Origin: Daphnia carinata
Taxonomy: Eukaryota
DNA length: 64,000 nucleotides
Reading direction: 5' to 3'
NCBI RefSeq assembly: GCF_022539665.2
Contig: NC_081332.1
Span: forward strand, 4,092,001-4,156,000
How positions within the stretch are numbered: position 1 is the first letter of the stretch; each line of letters begins with the position of its first letter. The notes under the pieces are model-generated. The model saw nothing but the letters and a program-made list of their open reading frames with translations. It did not search any database and was not told where the DNA came from. The position numbers and the translations under genes are program-made. Shown piece after piece: positions 50,328 to 64,000 of the stretch.

Positions 50328-51531
50328 GAAATATTGACCTTGAAGAAGCGAACAAGGATAGGAACATCATGGATTCTGTGCGAGAAACCTTAGCTAAACT
50401 TAGTTATGTTATTATTATGATTACCAACCCTTGATATTGTTGTAGGTTGTGTTTTCCTTGATTAAACTAGTCGACTTGATGTGGTTGCCATGCTACATGA
50501 ACCCAGAATTGTTTTAATGCAGGAACTACTGAAGTAGTTTTTGAAAAACTTCATAAAAACTGTTATTCTTTTCTCCCTATAATTATGTTTTGGCTTCTAT
50601 GTTCTGCCTTTGTTATTAATATTGTTAACTGTTTAAAAGCGAATTGCGTAAGATGGCGGGCTTATCGTACGTCATCTTTCGAAATTTGCTACATTTTCCC
50701 TCTCCCTCTTATCTCTTTATTGGTTGTGAAAGTGTTCTAGGGCTGCTGTACTAAACCTACTACACCAGTTCTCAAGTCTTTCTGTCTATTTTCATTTTCA
50801 GATAATATTTCATGGTCTGGTGGTTGTGCTTGGTTCTTTTCTTCCTGTCAAGTTGTCTTCCTGTTACGCTGACTATCTTTCGCGCTTTTGGTTTTTCTAA
50901 CCTGTGATTCATAACATTTAAACATTTGCTTAAATGATTTCGAAACTCAGCAAGGAATGACGGTTAAATTTTGACAGCCACGGCCAAATAATTGCGATAG
51001 CGATTACGAAAATATTTGTTGGAGAAAAGTTCCCACCTGGCATCGGTGTCGAGTTCCATCGACGTCGCATGCCTCAGATTCTGAAACAAAAAGAAAAAAC
51101 AAACAAGATATACAGGCAAACGCAGTGCAAAGTTATTTGGATGTCGAATAATGTGAGTGACTGCATGTGATTGTGCTGTGTCAACTGCGTACACTTGCAA
51201 CGTCTGTAAGTCAGCAGGATGTCAAAATAATGTACGTCTGTGAACCTTTCGTTTAGGTAAAGCAGCTTCCGTGGTTTCTAATTGGTAAACCACCACTAAC
51301 TTCAGTCAGTAGTGGCATTCTTTGACGTAAATCCAATCATAGTTTTGCTGGATGCGTTCAGTGCAACTTGTAAAAATGCTCTTGGCCTTGTAGAGCTCAA
51401 GGCCAGAACACGTGCGTATGGATTTTAGTTTACAACGCAGAGTCCTCTGTAGTGTTTTTTTAGTACCAGCTGATGACTTGGCCTTTGTAAACATTGTGAT
51501 AAGAAGTCACAACAAGAAGTAGCGTTTAAAC

Positions 51532-54500
51532 ATGGCGTCGAATCCGCGAAAATTCAGCGAAAAAATTGCTTTGCACAATCAAAAGCAGCAAGCGGAAACG
51601 GAGGATTTCGAAAAAATCATGAAGGAAGTTCGAAGCGCCAAACCTAATCAAAAAGTGAGTATTGGTGTTTCCCTACTGTTTACGGTTTATGGGCGCCACA
51701 CGCCTTAGCTGTCTTTGGCTAGACATGCTGAATTAACAATGTTCTTTGATAAAATTGTTACCTGTTTTGACGCAGACCGCCACTAGTGAAAGAACGTGTG
51801 CAATTCCAATGCATGAAAAGATAATGGATAAATTTTTAATAACATATAACATTTCATCTTTTAACTGACGTTAAGGGTTTTCACCTGTTGCCAAAGTTAT
51901 TTCTTCTTCTACGATATAAAATGCATACTTAATGGGCCTTTAAAAAAACAGCAAATTTCACAAACTGTTTTATAGGGGTTTATGGTGCTCTCAATGCTAG
52001 CCATCTTCCTTAGAACCATATTGTCTTGGCGAATCTATCTCTTTTACTGATATTGACTATCTTTGCTTACGGGTGGTTTTCTTCTCAACAGAATGGTGAT
52101 TGTAGCCCCTCTCATCTAGTCATCAGCCCTAGTTCACAATTCAAGGCTGTCTCGTTGCCTAATGTAAACTCTCCCTCCACCAATTCCACATCAATTGATC
52201 TTCAGGTATCAAATTATCTATCCACTTTGCTTAACATGTTAAAATCAGCTTCTTGTACCTTCCTCATATGTGAACATTAAACCATGTGTTCCATAACTCT
52301 GGTCTGCTGCACCAATTTGGATAATTTATTCTATCAATAATTGTTTATGTTTGATACTGTTGCAGAGTGCTTTGAGTAATCTCGAGGATATGCGAGCAGG
52401 ACGAGAGAGTGGCTGTCGAGATCGACGACCTACAGGTCCAGGAGGAGGAGGATATAGTCCTGGATCTAGCCTCGGTTCCGTCCGCCCATCCCGCCGCTCT
52501 GACCAAACAACCTCGTCAAACCCACACTCGTATCAGATGCATCCGAGTGGGGGCTTGGTTCAAGCACCACAGATTTCTGGATCTGTGGGATCACCCAGTC
52601 TTTCTCACAGCACTGGCACAGATAGTAGTGGCAACGGAGGGTTATCTACCAACGTCGCCTACCTCTCTCCTCCTTTGGATCCCTGCTGGAGGAGACATTC
52701 AGACTCGGCATTACACCAAGCAGCGATGGTTTCAGGCGAAGGGGTCACCGGAAATGCCTCAACAAACTTGTCCCGAAGAGGTATCAAGCAATTTCATTAA
52801 ATGAAATCATCGCATGATCCTTTTTATATCGTAAACCGATTCATTCTTCCAGGACAAGATGGGAACAATTACTTAAACAGTATGGATCCCAATAATTCTT
52901 CTGTCCATCTTGGGATTAGCGCCACTGGCGATGGACGACCCAAATCCTGTTGTGACGTTTCGCGAGTACCTGGAATCAAGTACATATCCATTTCTCTCGT
53001 GCTCTGAATACTGCTAATAGCCCTTTCAATTTCTAGCATTTGCCCCGGCCCGGAGCCCAATGGAATTCAAATTCCGATTGGGAATAACACGGGATCGTTG
53101 CCTGATCTGACCAACTTACAGTTTGCCTCGCCGTTATCCGATCCTATTGATGGAGACGACAGTTCTTTTCAAACTCATCCACTCTATTCAACTGTAAGTA
53201 CTAAAATTTAAAGTTATCAAGCCTTTTACCACATCCTGTTTTCCGTCGTGTTTTTTTTCTGTTACAAAGCAGAGTCCTAACGTGGTTAGCCCAAGTTATG
53301 GCGCGAATGGTCTGAATGACCACAGTCACCCCCTCAACTCGCTTAACATGGGTTTGAACCCTGGCCCACCGGGGGGCTCCAGTAGGGGATCATCCCCTGG
53401 CCCCTCACCCAGTCAGCGGCGGCGTCCTCACCACCAACTGGTGAATCTGCAGTTGCGCTCACCCTCACACGCGCATTCGTCGCAGAATCATTCGCATAAC
53501 CACTCCTCCGTAAGCGTTATCTTTTGGTATTTAAAGTTATGACTGAAATCACACTAAAATATCTCCCAACGGCGAAGCATGGTATTATGGTAAAGTATAA
53601 CATAGTTTGTTCATTGTACTTTGTCGATGTTTGGCTTCGTTCTTTTCGTATTTTATTTATTATTTTTTGCTGTTGTTTTGTACCTTTTTTTTTTTTTTGT
53701 GTGTGTCTTGTGCTTGCTGTCGTGCCTTTTGTACCAGAACCTTTTAACCGTGCCTTCAGCCTCCATGAACCCAAGGCTTCTGCATTCCTCAAAGGTACAC
53801 AAAATAAGAGGGGAAGATGATGCATTTTCCCACCAAAGCGAAAAACTTCACAGTTGCCATCCAACCTGAGCTTCTGGCGTCATAAAAAATTTGTTGTTGT
53901 TTTATTAACGTAGACTTTATTTTTTGGGACGGTAAATTTAGGGAATCGCCTTGGATCCCAGCGGTATGTCGGTGCCTAGTTACCAATCGTATCTCTATCA
54001 GAACAGCAGCGGCGGAGTCGACTATGGCCAGCCTGTCAGTCCAGCTCATAGTCCTACTCACATGATGTCGCCCTCCCAGCCTATTCCGACGGTACAGTTC
54101 TTTTTCTCTTATATGTTCACCTAGTATTTGTGAAAATGTTCGAAAACAACTGGGAACTGTTTTCAGCATCAGCTTTTCTTTTTCATACTTGTAGCATGAT
54201 GAAACGGCACACTCTGACTAAGTTGCGGTTTCTTGTTTGTCAGCACCTGTGAATTATTCATTTGATTTGCATGATTCGATTTTATTTTATTTTTTGTTTG
54301 TTTTGTCCCATGTAAAAAAAATGATAATATAAAACCACAGCATGGAGGCTTTCTAACGGCATATCGAAATCCCCAACCGATTCTCAGACCCAGTCCGATC
54401 AGTTCACCTACCTTGGTTGTGCCCGTAAGTTTCAATATTCGTCTTGCCAGCCCAAACGGGGTCTTCTTGTCTTTGCAGAGCTGTCTAATCGAATAATTTT

Positions 54501-55767
54501 TATCTTTATTTCTTTTAGGGTAATATGAACTACCGGACAAATAGTCCAGGTGATGGTACAAATTGCGCAAGTAGTGCACCACCTAGCCCTGTGTCGCAAA
54601 GCCTATCTCCGGCCAGTTCACCTGGTCTAGCCGCATCCCCCGCCTCCCCATTTGCTGACCAAATAAGCAGCATGAACTGTCAAAACCAGGTACTTTGTCT
54701 TTTCTACAGAGTTCACCGCCGGATGGTAATCTGCATTCCACTCATGTTTGAAATTTATTTTTATAGATGGGATCAGGTAGCGGTGGTAATCTTAACCAGA
54801 TGTCGTTTTATCCCAATCAATCGAATGTGCTCAACCAATTCGAGCAATTCAATATGGTAAGCCTAACGAATGTAAATTATGTAGAAGCATGCAGTATTTT
54901 TCGTTTCTTTTTGTGTTATTTATATATTTTTTTTCTTAATGGAGCATGGGTTTTTAGTTTGCTTGATTTTAATTTCGCCTTTCCCTCCAGATGGATTCTA
55001 GCTCCGATCAGACGCTTCAAAATTATGGGAACTACAAAACGAATCATTATGGACAGGTTAAAAATATTTTGGTTTCAGAATGCTTTTAATTTAAGTTCAT
55101 ATGTAGTTAGTTGTGCTTTAAAAATGCAAAACGCTTTCAAGTGTTTATGTATCACATTTGCTATCTCAGTTCATGGCACTAATATTTAAAACAATTTTTA
55201 CATTATCGAGTGATAGTGAATTTTCAACTAAATGAACCTTGTGGATTGTGCTGTAATATAGGCGAACATCAGTATGGACATATCACTGGATCCTTTTTAC
55301 AGTCAGCCATCGCAGTTCATGTTCGGTGGTAGGTTAGAACTGAACCAGCAAACTGCACCACAAACTCCGCAAACACCATCTAGTATTCCGGATATTGTCC
55401 TGCAAGGTATTAGAGATTACGTGAATATTTCCAAATAGCTGACTATCACGCGTTGCTTTCGTACGGGTACGTTTCAGATTTTTCCTGCACACCGGAAGAG
55501 CTTGCGCGACATAATTCCCATGATCTTAGTTCAGCCATGGGGTCTTCATTTGATGGCGTCGATTTCTATCCTACCGACGATGCCCTTAGAGGTTGTCATG
55601 CCCCACAATATTTACCCTTAGGTAACATATGAATGTGCTAATATGTGATATCCTTTGTTACAGATGGACTCGACCCGATTGACTTTGACGGTTTGCAGAT
55701 ATTGACGAACTCTACTTTGGTAACCGATCCCTCGACCGAAGACCATTTCAGGCTGGATCGTATGTGA
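51532..55767 (+). CDS. CRTC: CREB-regulated transcription coactivator (TORC/CRTC)
   Basis: TORC_N segment [36 protein letters not shown]/14-3-3-type sites [11 protein letters not shown] and [19 protein letters not shown]-terminus [28 protein letters not shown]. Confidence 0.95.
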
Positions 55768-57781
55768 AGGTGTACTCATTCAATTTTTATTCACCATCAC
55801 TCTCCTTTTCGGCAATTTCTCACGCTCTCTTTCCCCTTCTCGACTAACAGTCCATGGTTTTTCAAGTCTACATGTAAGCCCACAAATCACCGTTATGATC
55901 TCAGCATTGTCTTGCATTTATAAAAGTGGAAAAACATCTTTGGGATGGAATGGCAGAGCAGAGATTCATAGCTCATTTTATTAGTTATTCAAGCATCCCC
56001 GATATCCCTATTTTGTCATTTCCGCTCTTTGATATTAAGGTGGGGGTTTTGTGCTCACCTTCCAGGTAATTTTAGGTTTTGTCCAAGTCAAACACAATTT
56101 GCTCTTCACTTACAATTTCCCAAATCACGTGAAATATTCCTCATAATCCGTAAGTGAAACGTTATCTATTTCTTACGTAGAGACGGTTCAGATTGATGAC
56201 GTAATTTGGAGCCACGCACAATAGTTTTATAGACCTTTTTAACCGATTTTTACTAAGGAGAATTCGCAGCTGATTCGGCGCGTAAATGATTTTTTCTGAC
56301 ATGACAGCCAGTTATTAGGCTAACATATTTCTAAACAATAGCTTTAACAAAAACATAGTTTCAAAAAAAAAACAGTTTTTGTTTTTGTTTCAGATTTCCT
56401 TTTTTTTTTTCTCTAAAACTTGTTGAGATTTTATTTGAATTTTTATTGGTGGTCAAAGCGGATGAATCATTGTATCATATTCTTTGGTTGTAATTCGTGC
56501 ATTTTTTGGGGAAGTTGGAAGCCAGGTCACTAGGTGTTTGTGCCATTTTCATTTATTTAGCCTAGGCCCACGGGCCCTCACGCATTGTTACTGCACCTTT
56601 CTTTGTCAAAGTATCATACCAACATTTCATTGGTATTGATTGTTCCAACTGAGTGTTACTTACGCCTAATCTCTCCTTGACTTCTCCCTACCCGTTTATA
56701 CCCAGAGAATTCTCACTTATTCGTTTAACTTTGTTCTTCCTGACTAGATCGACATGTTGCGCATTGTTATCACATCACTGTCATAATCATTATGGTTATA
56801 CTAATATTCAGGTGGTGTAGTTTGACAAGCAGTTTTCGTGTATGTTGATGACCATTTCTTCTATTTTTTTTTGTTGGCAGAAAAGTTTTGCGTCGGTGTT
56901 ATCGTTTTTTTTCCCGAGGTGTTTCATTTGTCGTGCAATATTACACAACCAGCCCGTTATTCGCGCTTGTCCAAGGAAACAAGTCTAAATTTTAGATCAT
57001 GTTCGAATTAATCTAAAGAAATCTGTGTCAATTCTAGGAGACCGACGGACGCGAATCGAATTCGATGTAGGACAAGAATGGCTACGCGAAACGAGGTATA
57101 TTTTTGCCAACGTGACAAGTACAGGAGAGGAAATTGCAAGACGAGACTTGGACAGAAATTCAGGTGAGATTTATTTACAAAAGAGAAGGGGAAATCACTC
57201 ACGAATCAGTTGAATCAAATAGTGTTACCCATTTAAAGTAGAGCTACCATTGACATTAAAAAGGGCAGTAGAAATAAGGGACATTCGCGATCTTACTATT
57301 TAAAAAAACAAAAAACATTAGACTAGGACAAAAACAGATTGCACTTACTGATCGAAATGTAGCTACATTAGGATTCTTGATATACGCAAATTTATTTTGA
57401 CGCGCATGATTAAGAATCCTAAAGTTGCTTTTGAACAAAGAATAATTCATTAGGATACAAGTATTTTGAAATTAAGTAGTCGGGAAATGGTAAACGCATT
57501 TGTCAAAATTTTACCGAATTGAGTTCATTAATGTTTCGCAGGTATTTAAAGTAAACTTGCGGCTAGGATAGGAGCAGGATTGTAAGGGAAGTGGTGGAGG
57601 TAAGGTTTTGAGTAATGTTGAATCTAAGTTGCATTTTCGTAAATCAATTAACAGTTCTTTTTTTTTTACATAACTTTAAAACAGTGTGAGACAAATATTG
57701 AAATTGGGAAGAGTAATGTCAAGTCGGAGAATGCATGCATAACTTGGAGAAATCGGGGATTTCTTTTTTTGAAAACTATAG

Positions 57782-60700
57782 TTAGGAGTGCTGGTAGCCG
57801 TTTTCGAGTTCCTGAAGTTGCAGACACCGCCGATACTCCTCTACAGTCCGATGAATAGTTTGCTGCGAGTACTTACATTTTGGCGAGAGACACGAACAGG
57901 TAAACGTTTTATACTTAATTATCCAGAACTTGTCCCCATAATCAAAAGCTAATTCTTCATTCGCTTCAATATCTCGGGAGGCGAAAAACGCGATACGCGG
58001 GAACTTCAAATCGTGGTGATCAATATAAGCCTTAACTGGAATCAAGTTAGGATCGCAAGAATGATTGATGAAGCGGGCTATATTGCCGTAACGCCGGGCG
58101 TCAATGCAGTATGTTTCTCCATCCTTTAGGAAGTATTGTAAAAAAATTCTTTTAAGCTCTTCGTGATTTCCGTAGTTCTCTATTCATGCAATTACCTTAT
58201 TATCCAAATCGAAAAGATAAGAATCATCTTCACGTTGGTCAGCTTCAAAGTCAGTGATGATTTCTCCAATGTACCTAGCAAACGACAATAGGAAATCAAC
58301 AGTGAATCACGTCGTCAGAAAGCTCTTCACACTTACTCGCAGACGTAGGAGCCTTTTGCAATAGTTTGGGCGGCTCTGACTCCCCAGCCTTTGTTTTCGA
58401 TACGGAAGAGAACTAACCGTGAGGTAATTCCATGTTGAACTAAACGATTATTGCACGACCCTCGATGACACTGGCAAGCACGATTGCATTCGAACAACAT
58501 TGGGGGATCTGTGTCAGTTAGTATTAAACAAACGTATCCATTACAGGTTCTTTAAAGAAGTTTAAAAGTATTACTAGAATGACTTGCCTGCAAAATTGAA
58601 GTCGGATAGGAGTTTGCCTTCGTCGTCGTACCAGCAGCGAAAACTGAGACTCGAACAATTGCAACCGACTGAGCAGTCCCCGACGCACTCGCAAAACTAG
58701 GTAATAAAATCAATATTGGTGCCAATTTGATATTCGATTAAGTGACCAAAATCAAATATTACGGTAAGTGAGTTAATGGTGCGATCGACGTGCAACGGGC
58801 TCGTGAAGCAATTTTCTGTGATGTATATAAAATCTTGTGGTTTTGGCTCGTCGTCATATCCATTTACGCATTGAATAGGGTTGGCCTCTTTTCCTTTGGT
58901 GATGTCACTGTACATAATCAGGGAACGGACACTTAAAAACCTAATTAAAATTGTTTCTGTTTCCTGTGTATACTTTGAGAGTAGTTTTTCGGATTCGGTG
59001 CATGGTGTTTGGGTGAATTGTTGGAGTTTCATGTTGAGCGCCAAAAGCAGCGCTGAGTGACAATGCTTATCTGGACAAACTTCTAAAGCTAATTGATTCT
59101 CTTTATTCCGTAGGTCAAAACGTCCACCTCTAGTTATCAGAAGCAAAGCGCATTCACAGTTGTCACGACGACTTGCAGTATGCCTTCAGAATGACAAACA
59201 CGCATTAAGTAAGTAAGTACCAATGGAAATTCAATTGTTTCTATGAACTCACAATGGCGTGTCGCCATGTACGTTTGCAGCGTTCACATCACACCCTTGA
59301 TCAAGCAGAAGTGCAACTATATCGACTGACCCAGAGTAAGCTGCCCAATGCAAAGCGACGTTCTGCTCTGCATCACGCACATTAGGATCTGCCTTACACT
59401 GAAGTAAATACCTAAAATAGAATGGATTCTTAATATTGGTTTGGACGTGCATTTTAATCACAGATTCGAAATTACTTGACTATGTCTACGCGCTGATGTT
59501 CACATCCCCACACCAGCGGCGTCCAACCACCATCATCTTGTGCATTAATGAAACTTCTCCCGTTTCCCAGGGTCATGATATAATGGCAAGCTTCTAAATT
59601 GCCGTTTTTGCACGCCAAGTGAAGGGCAGTCATCCCGCCTTCCCCCTGTAAGGTAAAACAGAAATAACGTCAAAGGCGCAATACCGAATGACGATGTCTG
59701 GTGAAACCCGACCTTGAGCGATGTACACGATCCAGCTATGGCAAGGTATTTGACAGTTTCATTATGACCTTGGATCAGGGCCAAGCTTAAGGGTGTATTT
59801 TGCGACCGATCCAGCTTGTCGAGTGCCGCTCCGCTCTGCAAAATGATGTGGACCAATGCCAAATGGCCACCATAAGCTGCGGCATGTAGTGCCGTTTGGC
59901 CTTCTCCATCCTGGTAGGTAGTATTCACATTCTGTCCTTGTCCTGTAATAGCAACAGTTCCTGATTAATTGCAAACCAAATTTTCTTTTAAAACCATTTT
60001 GTTTTTCTTACTTAAGCACTCGACGACCCGCTCGATATCGCCGTTTTTCGCCGCTACGTAAAGACTCTTGTTGCTTGACGAACTGAATGAAATAAGGGCA
60101 AATGTCCCATTAAGGTAAATGTATAAACATGTTTTGCATCGTCGCTTTGTTATATCACGTACCTTTTGCCAGTGGTTTCAAATGACTTCAAAATGCGTTG
60201 TAGCATTTCTTTGTTAAGAGACGGAGGAATACTATTAGCATCAATTACTTTGCCTGACGGTAAGACAAGTTGAGAAGAGAGATAGCGGGGACATGATGTC
60301 TCTGAAACGATTCTGGGAATTTCCCGTGATGGTAGGCGGGAAATCTTTGCGGTCGGACTGAAAAACAAAGATTTTGAAACGGTAAAAGCAATATTTTTTT
60401 GGACAAAATATAAATTGAAAATGTTACATTGTTTTTAACAATTTTGCATCATTGCAGAATACAGGTACAGCGCAAGTTTTCATCTGTAAGCGAATTTCGG
60501 TAAGAGCGGAATCACACTGGCAGTGTAAGCATGACTTCTTTTGACCCGCTCGTTGGCAGTCGGCATGAAAGAAATGAGTAGAACCTTCTAAGGCTCTACA
60601 TTGAAGAAAAGTTCCCTATTATTAAACAAAAATCAGTTAGCGCACTGTTAACAGAACATTTGATATAGAGTCACTTGCCTGAGTGCAAAATAGGCCGCAG

Positions 60701-62163
60701 CCAGGACAGCAAAAATGTTTCCGAATACGATCCCGGTGTGAGTCGCAAAGAATCATAAACGGTATCTTTTTGGATGGCCGATAGAAGCGCTTTCTATTAG
60801 CCACCAAGCAGCAGCCGACCAATTTTCCTCCAACTGAATCAACAGCTTGACAATATAAAGTGGCAGCTGGTGGAACAGTAGCCACTGGAGGATGGTTCTC
60901 TACACAAGAACATGTAAAGATGGTTTTCTCGACAAGCAGGGAGGCACTTCCGTTAACTTGTAGAGGAGTATGACGATCGCCTACTTGCTTCCCTTGTTCT
61001 TCAACAATAGATAATTCAACTTCATTTTCCAGAGAATTTCCGACTAGAATCGATTCATCTGCCAACGACGTATGACTGATATTGTTTTTGGCTGATGTTT
61101 CCCGCACAAGATTGTCGGACGACAGCGAGATATCCACACCCGAGGAAGTATGCAGCGTTTCATTTTCGGCAGTAGAATTGGTTTTGGTGGGCAACACTTC
61201 GGTCCGCAACTTTTTGCATGCTGGGCGCGATTCTACGCATAAGAGATTAGCACCGTCCAAACAAGAAACAACTTCAGATTGATGAACTGCAGTATCTGGA
61301 CTTGATTTACTCTGTAAACCCAGTGAAGCCATATGCTCCATTTTGGAGACATCTTCCACGACAGTATCCTCACTCACTTCAACGGTAATGTTTTCGGTTT
61401 TCGGTTCGATCGGAACTGCACCCTTACATGGTCTACCACGTTTTCTTGGAAGATCTATTGGTTTGACTAATTCAGGCTCTAGGGGTGATGTGGTCTTTTT
61501 GATTGGCCGGGTTTCAGAGAGGCCTTTCAACAATTCTGTTGCTGATGTACGGCTAATATTGGTTCTTTGAGATCTTCTTGTAGTAATGATGCCCGGAACT
61601 CCTGTGGTTGAATCACTCCTTTCTGAACCAGCCTCACTGCTTGAATCCAGTTCATTCCTAATGAGTTCACCTTCAGTTTTTAAAACATCAATGGCTATCT
61701 GCTGAGGCTTATCTGTCTGGGTTGTTCTTGGTGGCCTTCCTCTTCCTCTTGAGTTCTTTGGTGTTTCTGATTTACTAACCATTTCAGCAGAATCTTCTTC
61801 ATTTTCAAAGTTTTGACGTTTGAACTTAGATTTTGATCGATGTGGGCCTCTTCTGTTAGCTTGCTCAAATGCCATTTCCTCCTCAGGATTGGTATTGAAT
61901 TGAGACTTCATGCCTTCCAAGATCTTCTTTCTAACATCCTTGGGATTTCCTTCAGTAATTGTGATCTTACTGTCATTTTCTCCAGATCTGCTGGAGGAAA
62001 TGGACATTGGAGGTGTAGGTTCTTTTGAGGGCACTTGTAGGGTGATGAGAGCATTAGCAGCTTCGGCTAGAGATATTCCTTTTTGCGGTTGAGACACTTC
62101 GATTTCAATCAAAACTTCCGAGTCTTCTGCCATAGTAGAAGAAACTTCTGGTAGTGAATCCAT
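57782..62163 (-). CDS. EHMT: Histone H3K9 methyltransferase G9a/EHMT (Cys-rich region, ankyrin repeats, pre-SET/SET/post-SET)
   Basis: [13 protein letters not shown]. Ankyrin repeats [11 protein letters not shown] and [13 protein letters not shown] motifs [15 protein letters not shown] and [12 protein letters not shown]-terminal AT-hook-like RGRGRPPR and KRGRP. Confidence 0.95.
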
Positions 62164-62725
62164 ATTCCTTACAGATTTGAATATTTCTATTGAACCTCAG
62201 GGCCCCAACATTCAATCCTGATACTCTATTGTCCGCGAAAAATGGACATGATGAAAAAACGAGTTAGATTCTGTGAAGGAGATTCCTTTCAAACAAATAA
62301 AGCCGTAAAAATAAATCCAAAGATTTTTTTAGCCGCAAAACGCGAGCCCGATGCTCCAGCACCATCTATGAACGATAGCTAAATCGAGTAAACTTTGTGT
62401 TCAAAACAAACAAAACGTCTATTTATTCAGAATTGTTTTATCACTTATAGAACCCGCAGCCATATTGTTTGACTTTCATTTTATTTCAAACTAGTTTTTT
62501 CCTCCTCATTTTTCCAATTTTTCTACAATTCAATTTTTTTCGTTCTTCATTTTGCCAGCCCCTCTATTTTGTTAGGTGGCACCATCATCGATCCAGCTGA
62601 AGTCAAAGTCAACATCAGACCAGACGATTTTTCTGGTCGACAATATTTCTGTTTGACATATGATATGCATAAATTATAGTATTATTTAGAGCTGATGCTT
62701 CTTCGATCCATATTCATCTGTACCA

Positions 62726-64000
62726 ATGGCTTTCTTCCAGGTGTGTTAATTCAGTTAATTAGATGTGTTATTGTCTCGATTTCCTAAACTGAAAGTTGTC
62801 AGTTTATGAGGTTTTAGCTTTTACCGTTCATTAACTGGTCCATCCGCCCACTTCATTGCACAGTTTTTTCTCATTAGTCAAATCGAGGTTGGCGGAATTG
62901 TACATTTGATTAACCTACCTATGCTTCTTTTTCTTTACAGTGGAGAAGGTTTAATTTTTTTGAGTTACTGAAGGAAACAGACAATGGTACTTTGGACAGG
63001 TCATTCAAGGTAAGGGATTGCTTCAAATATCCATAAATAATTCAAATGGTTAATATGTACTTATGTGACTATAATGTATTTCATTTTAAGGATGTGATAA
63101 TAACCTGTAGTTCCAGTGGTAGAGGACATCTCATTCTTGGAGACAACTTGGGCCTGGTCCATCTCTTTGACAGACAATATCAACGAGAATCCTTTAAGGC
63201 ATATAATGTGAATACTAGCCATGTGCTTCAGCTTAAACAGTCATCATTCCTTGGCACTGTTGGTGTAAGTTATCTAGTGGTTTGGATATTATGATTTGGA
63301 TGATTTGTGTTGATTAAACATTTCTTATTTTATTATTAAAGGAGGATGATCCAGGAATTAACCCAGTCATAAAAATATGGAACATGGAAAAGAAGGACAC
63401 TCATGGATGCCCAGTATGTGTTCACCTAGTCCGTGCTCTACCAGGCAACCGACCAGTTCCAGTCACAGCTTTCGCTATTGATGAACAAATGCATTTGATG
63501 GCTGCTGGATTTGCGGATGGTTCAGTAGTTCTCTACAGAGGTAAGTTTATTGTAAATTATGAAAGGCAAATGTCAATGAAATAAATATTGATTTAGTTAT
63601 TATTTAATAAACGTTTTTCTGCAGGTGATTTAAGTCGTGAACGTCACAGCAAACAGAAGTTTCTACAGGCTGGAACAAGTCTTATCTCTGGACTTTGTTT
63701 ACGGACTACCCAGAAAATGTCACATTTATATGTTGCAACACTATCAACAGTAGTGATGTACACAATAGTTTCTAAAGACAAAGAGCAACTTGCCCAACTC
63801 GATACAGTGGGTTGCTCTCCTGGCTGTTTTGCCTTTGCCGACTCAAAGCAGGGCCAACATTTCATGATCGCAAGAAATGATGTAAGTTTATAGCAGTGTT
63901 TGGAGATGTTTTGATGCCTCATATGTTTTTTCTTTAGGCTGTTTATTGTTATACAATGGAAGGAAAAGGACCCTGTTATGCATTTGAGGGGGAGAAGCTT
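62726..64000 (+). CDS. VPS11: Vacuolar protein sorting 11 (HOPS/CORVET core subunit), 5' part, truncated by the window
   Basis: MAFFQ/WRRFNFF, ITCSSSGRGHLILGD, TVG/EDDPGINPVIKIWNMEK, AGFADGSVVLYR/GDLSRER, GKGPCYAFEGEK. Confidence 0.92.

Noticed and set aside
57025..57213. Purine-rich, exon-like ORF between the CRTC and G9a 3' ends
   Set aside because: It has splice-like sites but no ATG start in frame, no recognisable homology and an implausibly short internal intron. It is probably UTR, although an alternative terminal exon is not excluded.

Overview
This is a gene-dense, AT-rich eukaryotic window. Most introns are about 60-70 bp, which looks like a branchiopod crustacean such as Daphnia (inference). 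Genes in order, all on the + strand except G9a: the 3' end of a CYP4 P450; two tandem full-length ABCA transporters; a ~2,900-aa secreted protein made of a catalytically degenerate GH18 domain and a giant acidic Ser/Thr mucin-like tail; three tandem secreted paralogs with a furin site and a DM4/DM12-like Cys domain; a 74-aa single-pass microprotein missed by the ORF track; PFKFB; PFK; CRTC; G9a/EHMT (minus strand); and the 5' part of Vps11. The most interesting region is the PFKFB-PFK-CRTC block. PFK has a pair of 109-nt mutually exclusive exons flanked by crossing RNA pairings, plus two candidate linker microexons. PFKFB has several candidate first exons and a perfect ChoRE. CRTC has two candidate cassette exons that each carry an LxVP calcineurin-docking motif. 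Exon boundaries were read by eye, and no database searches were run.
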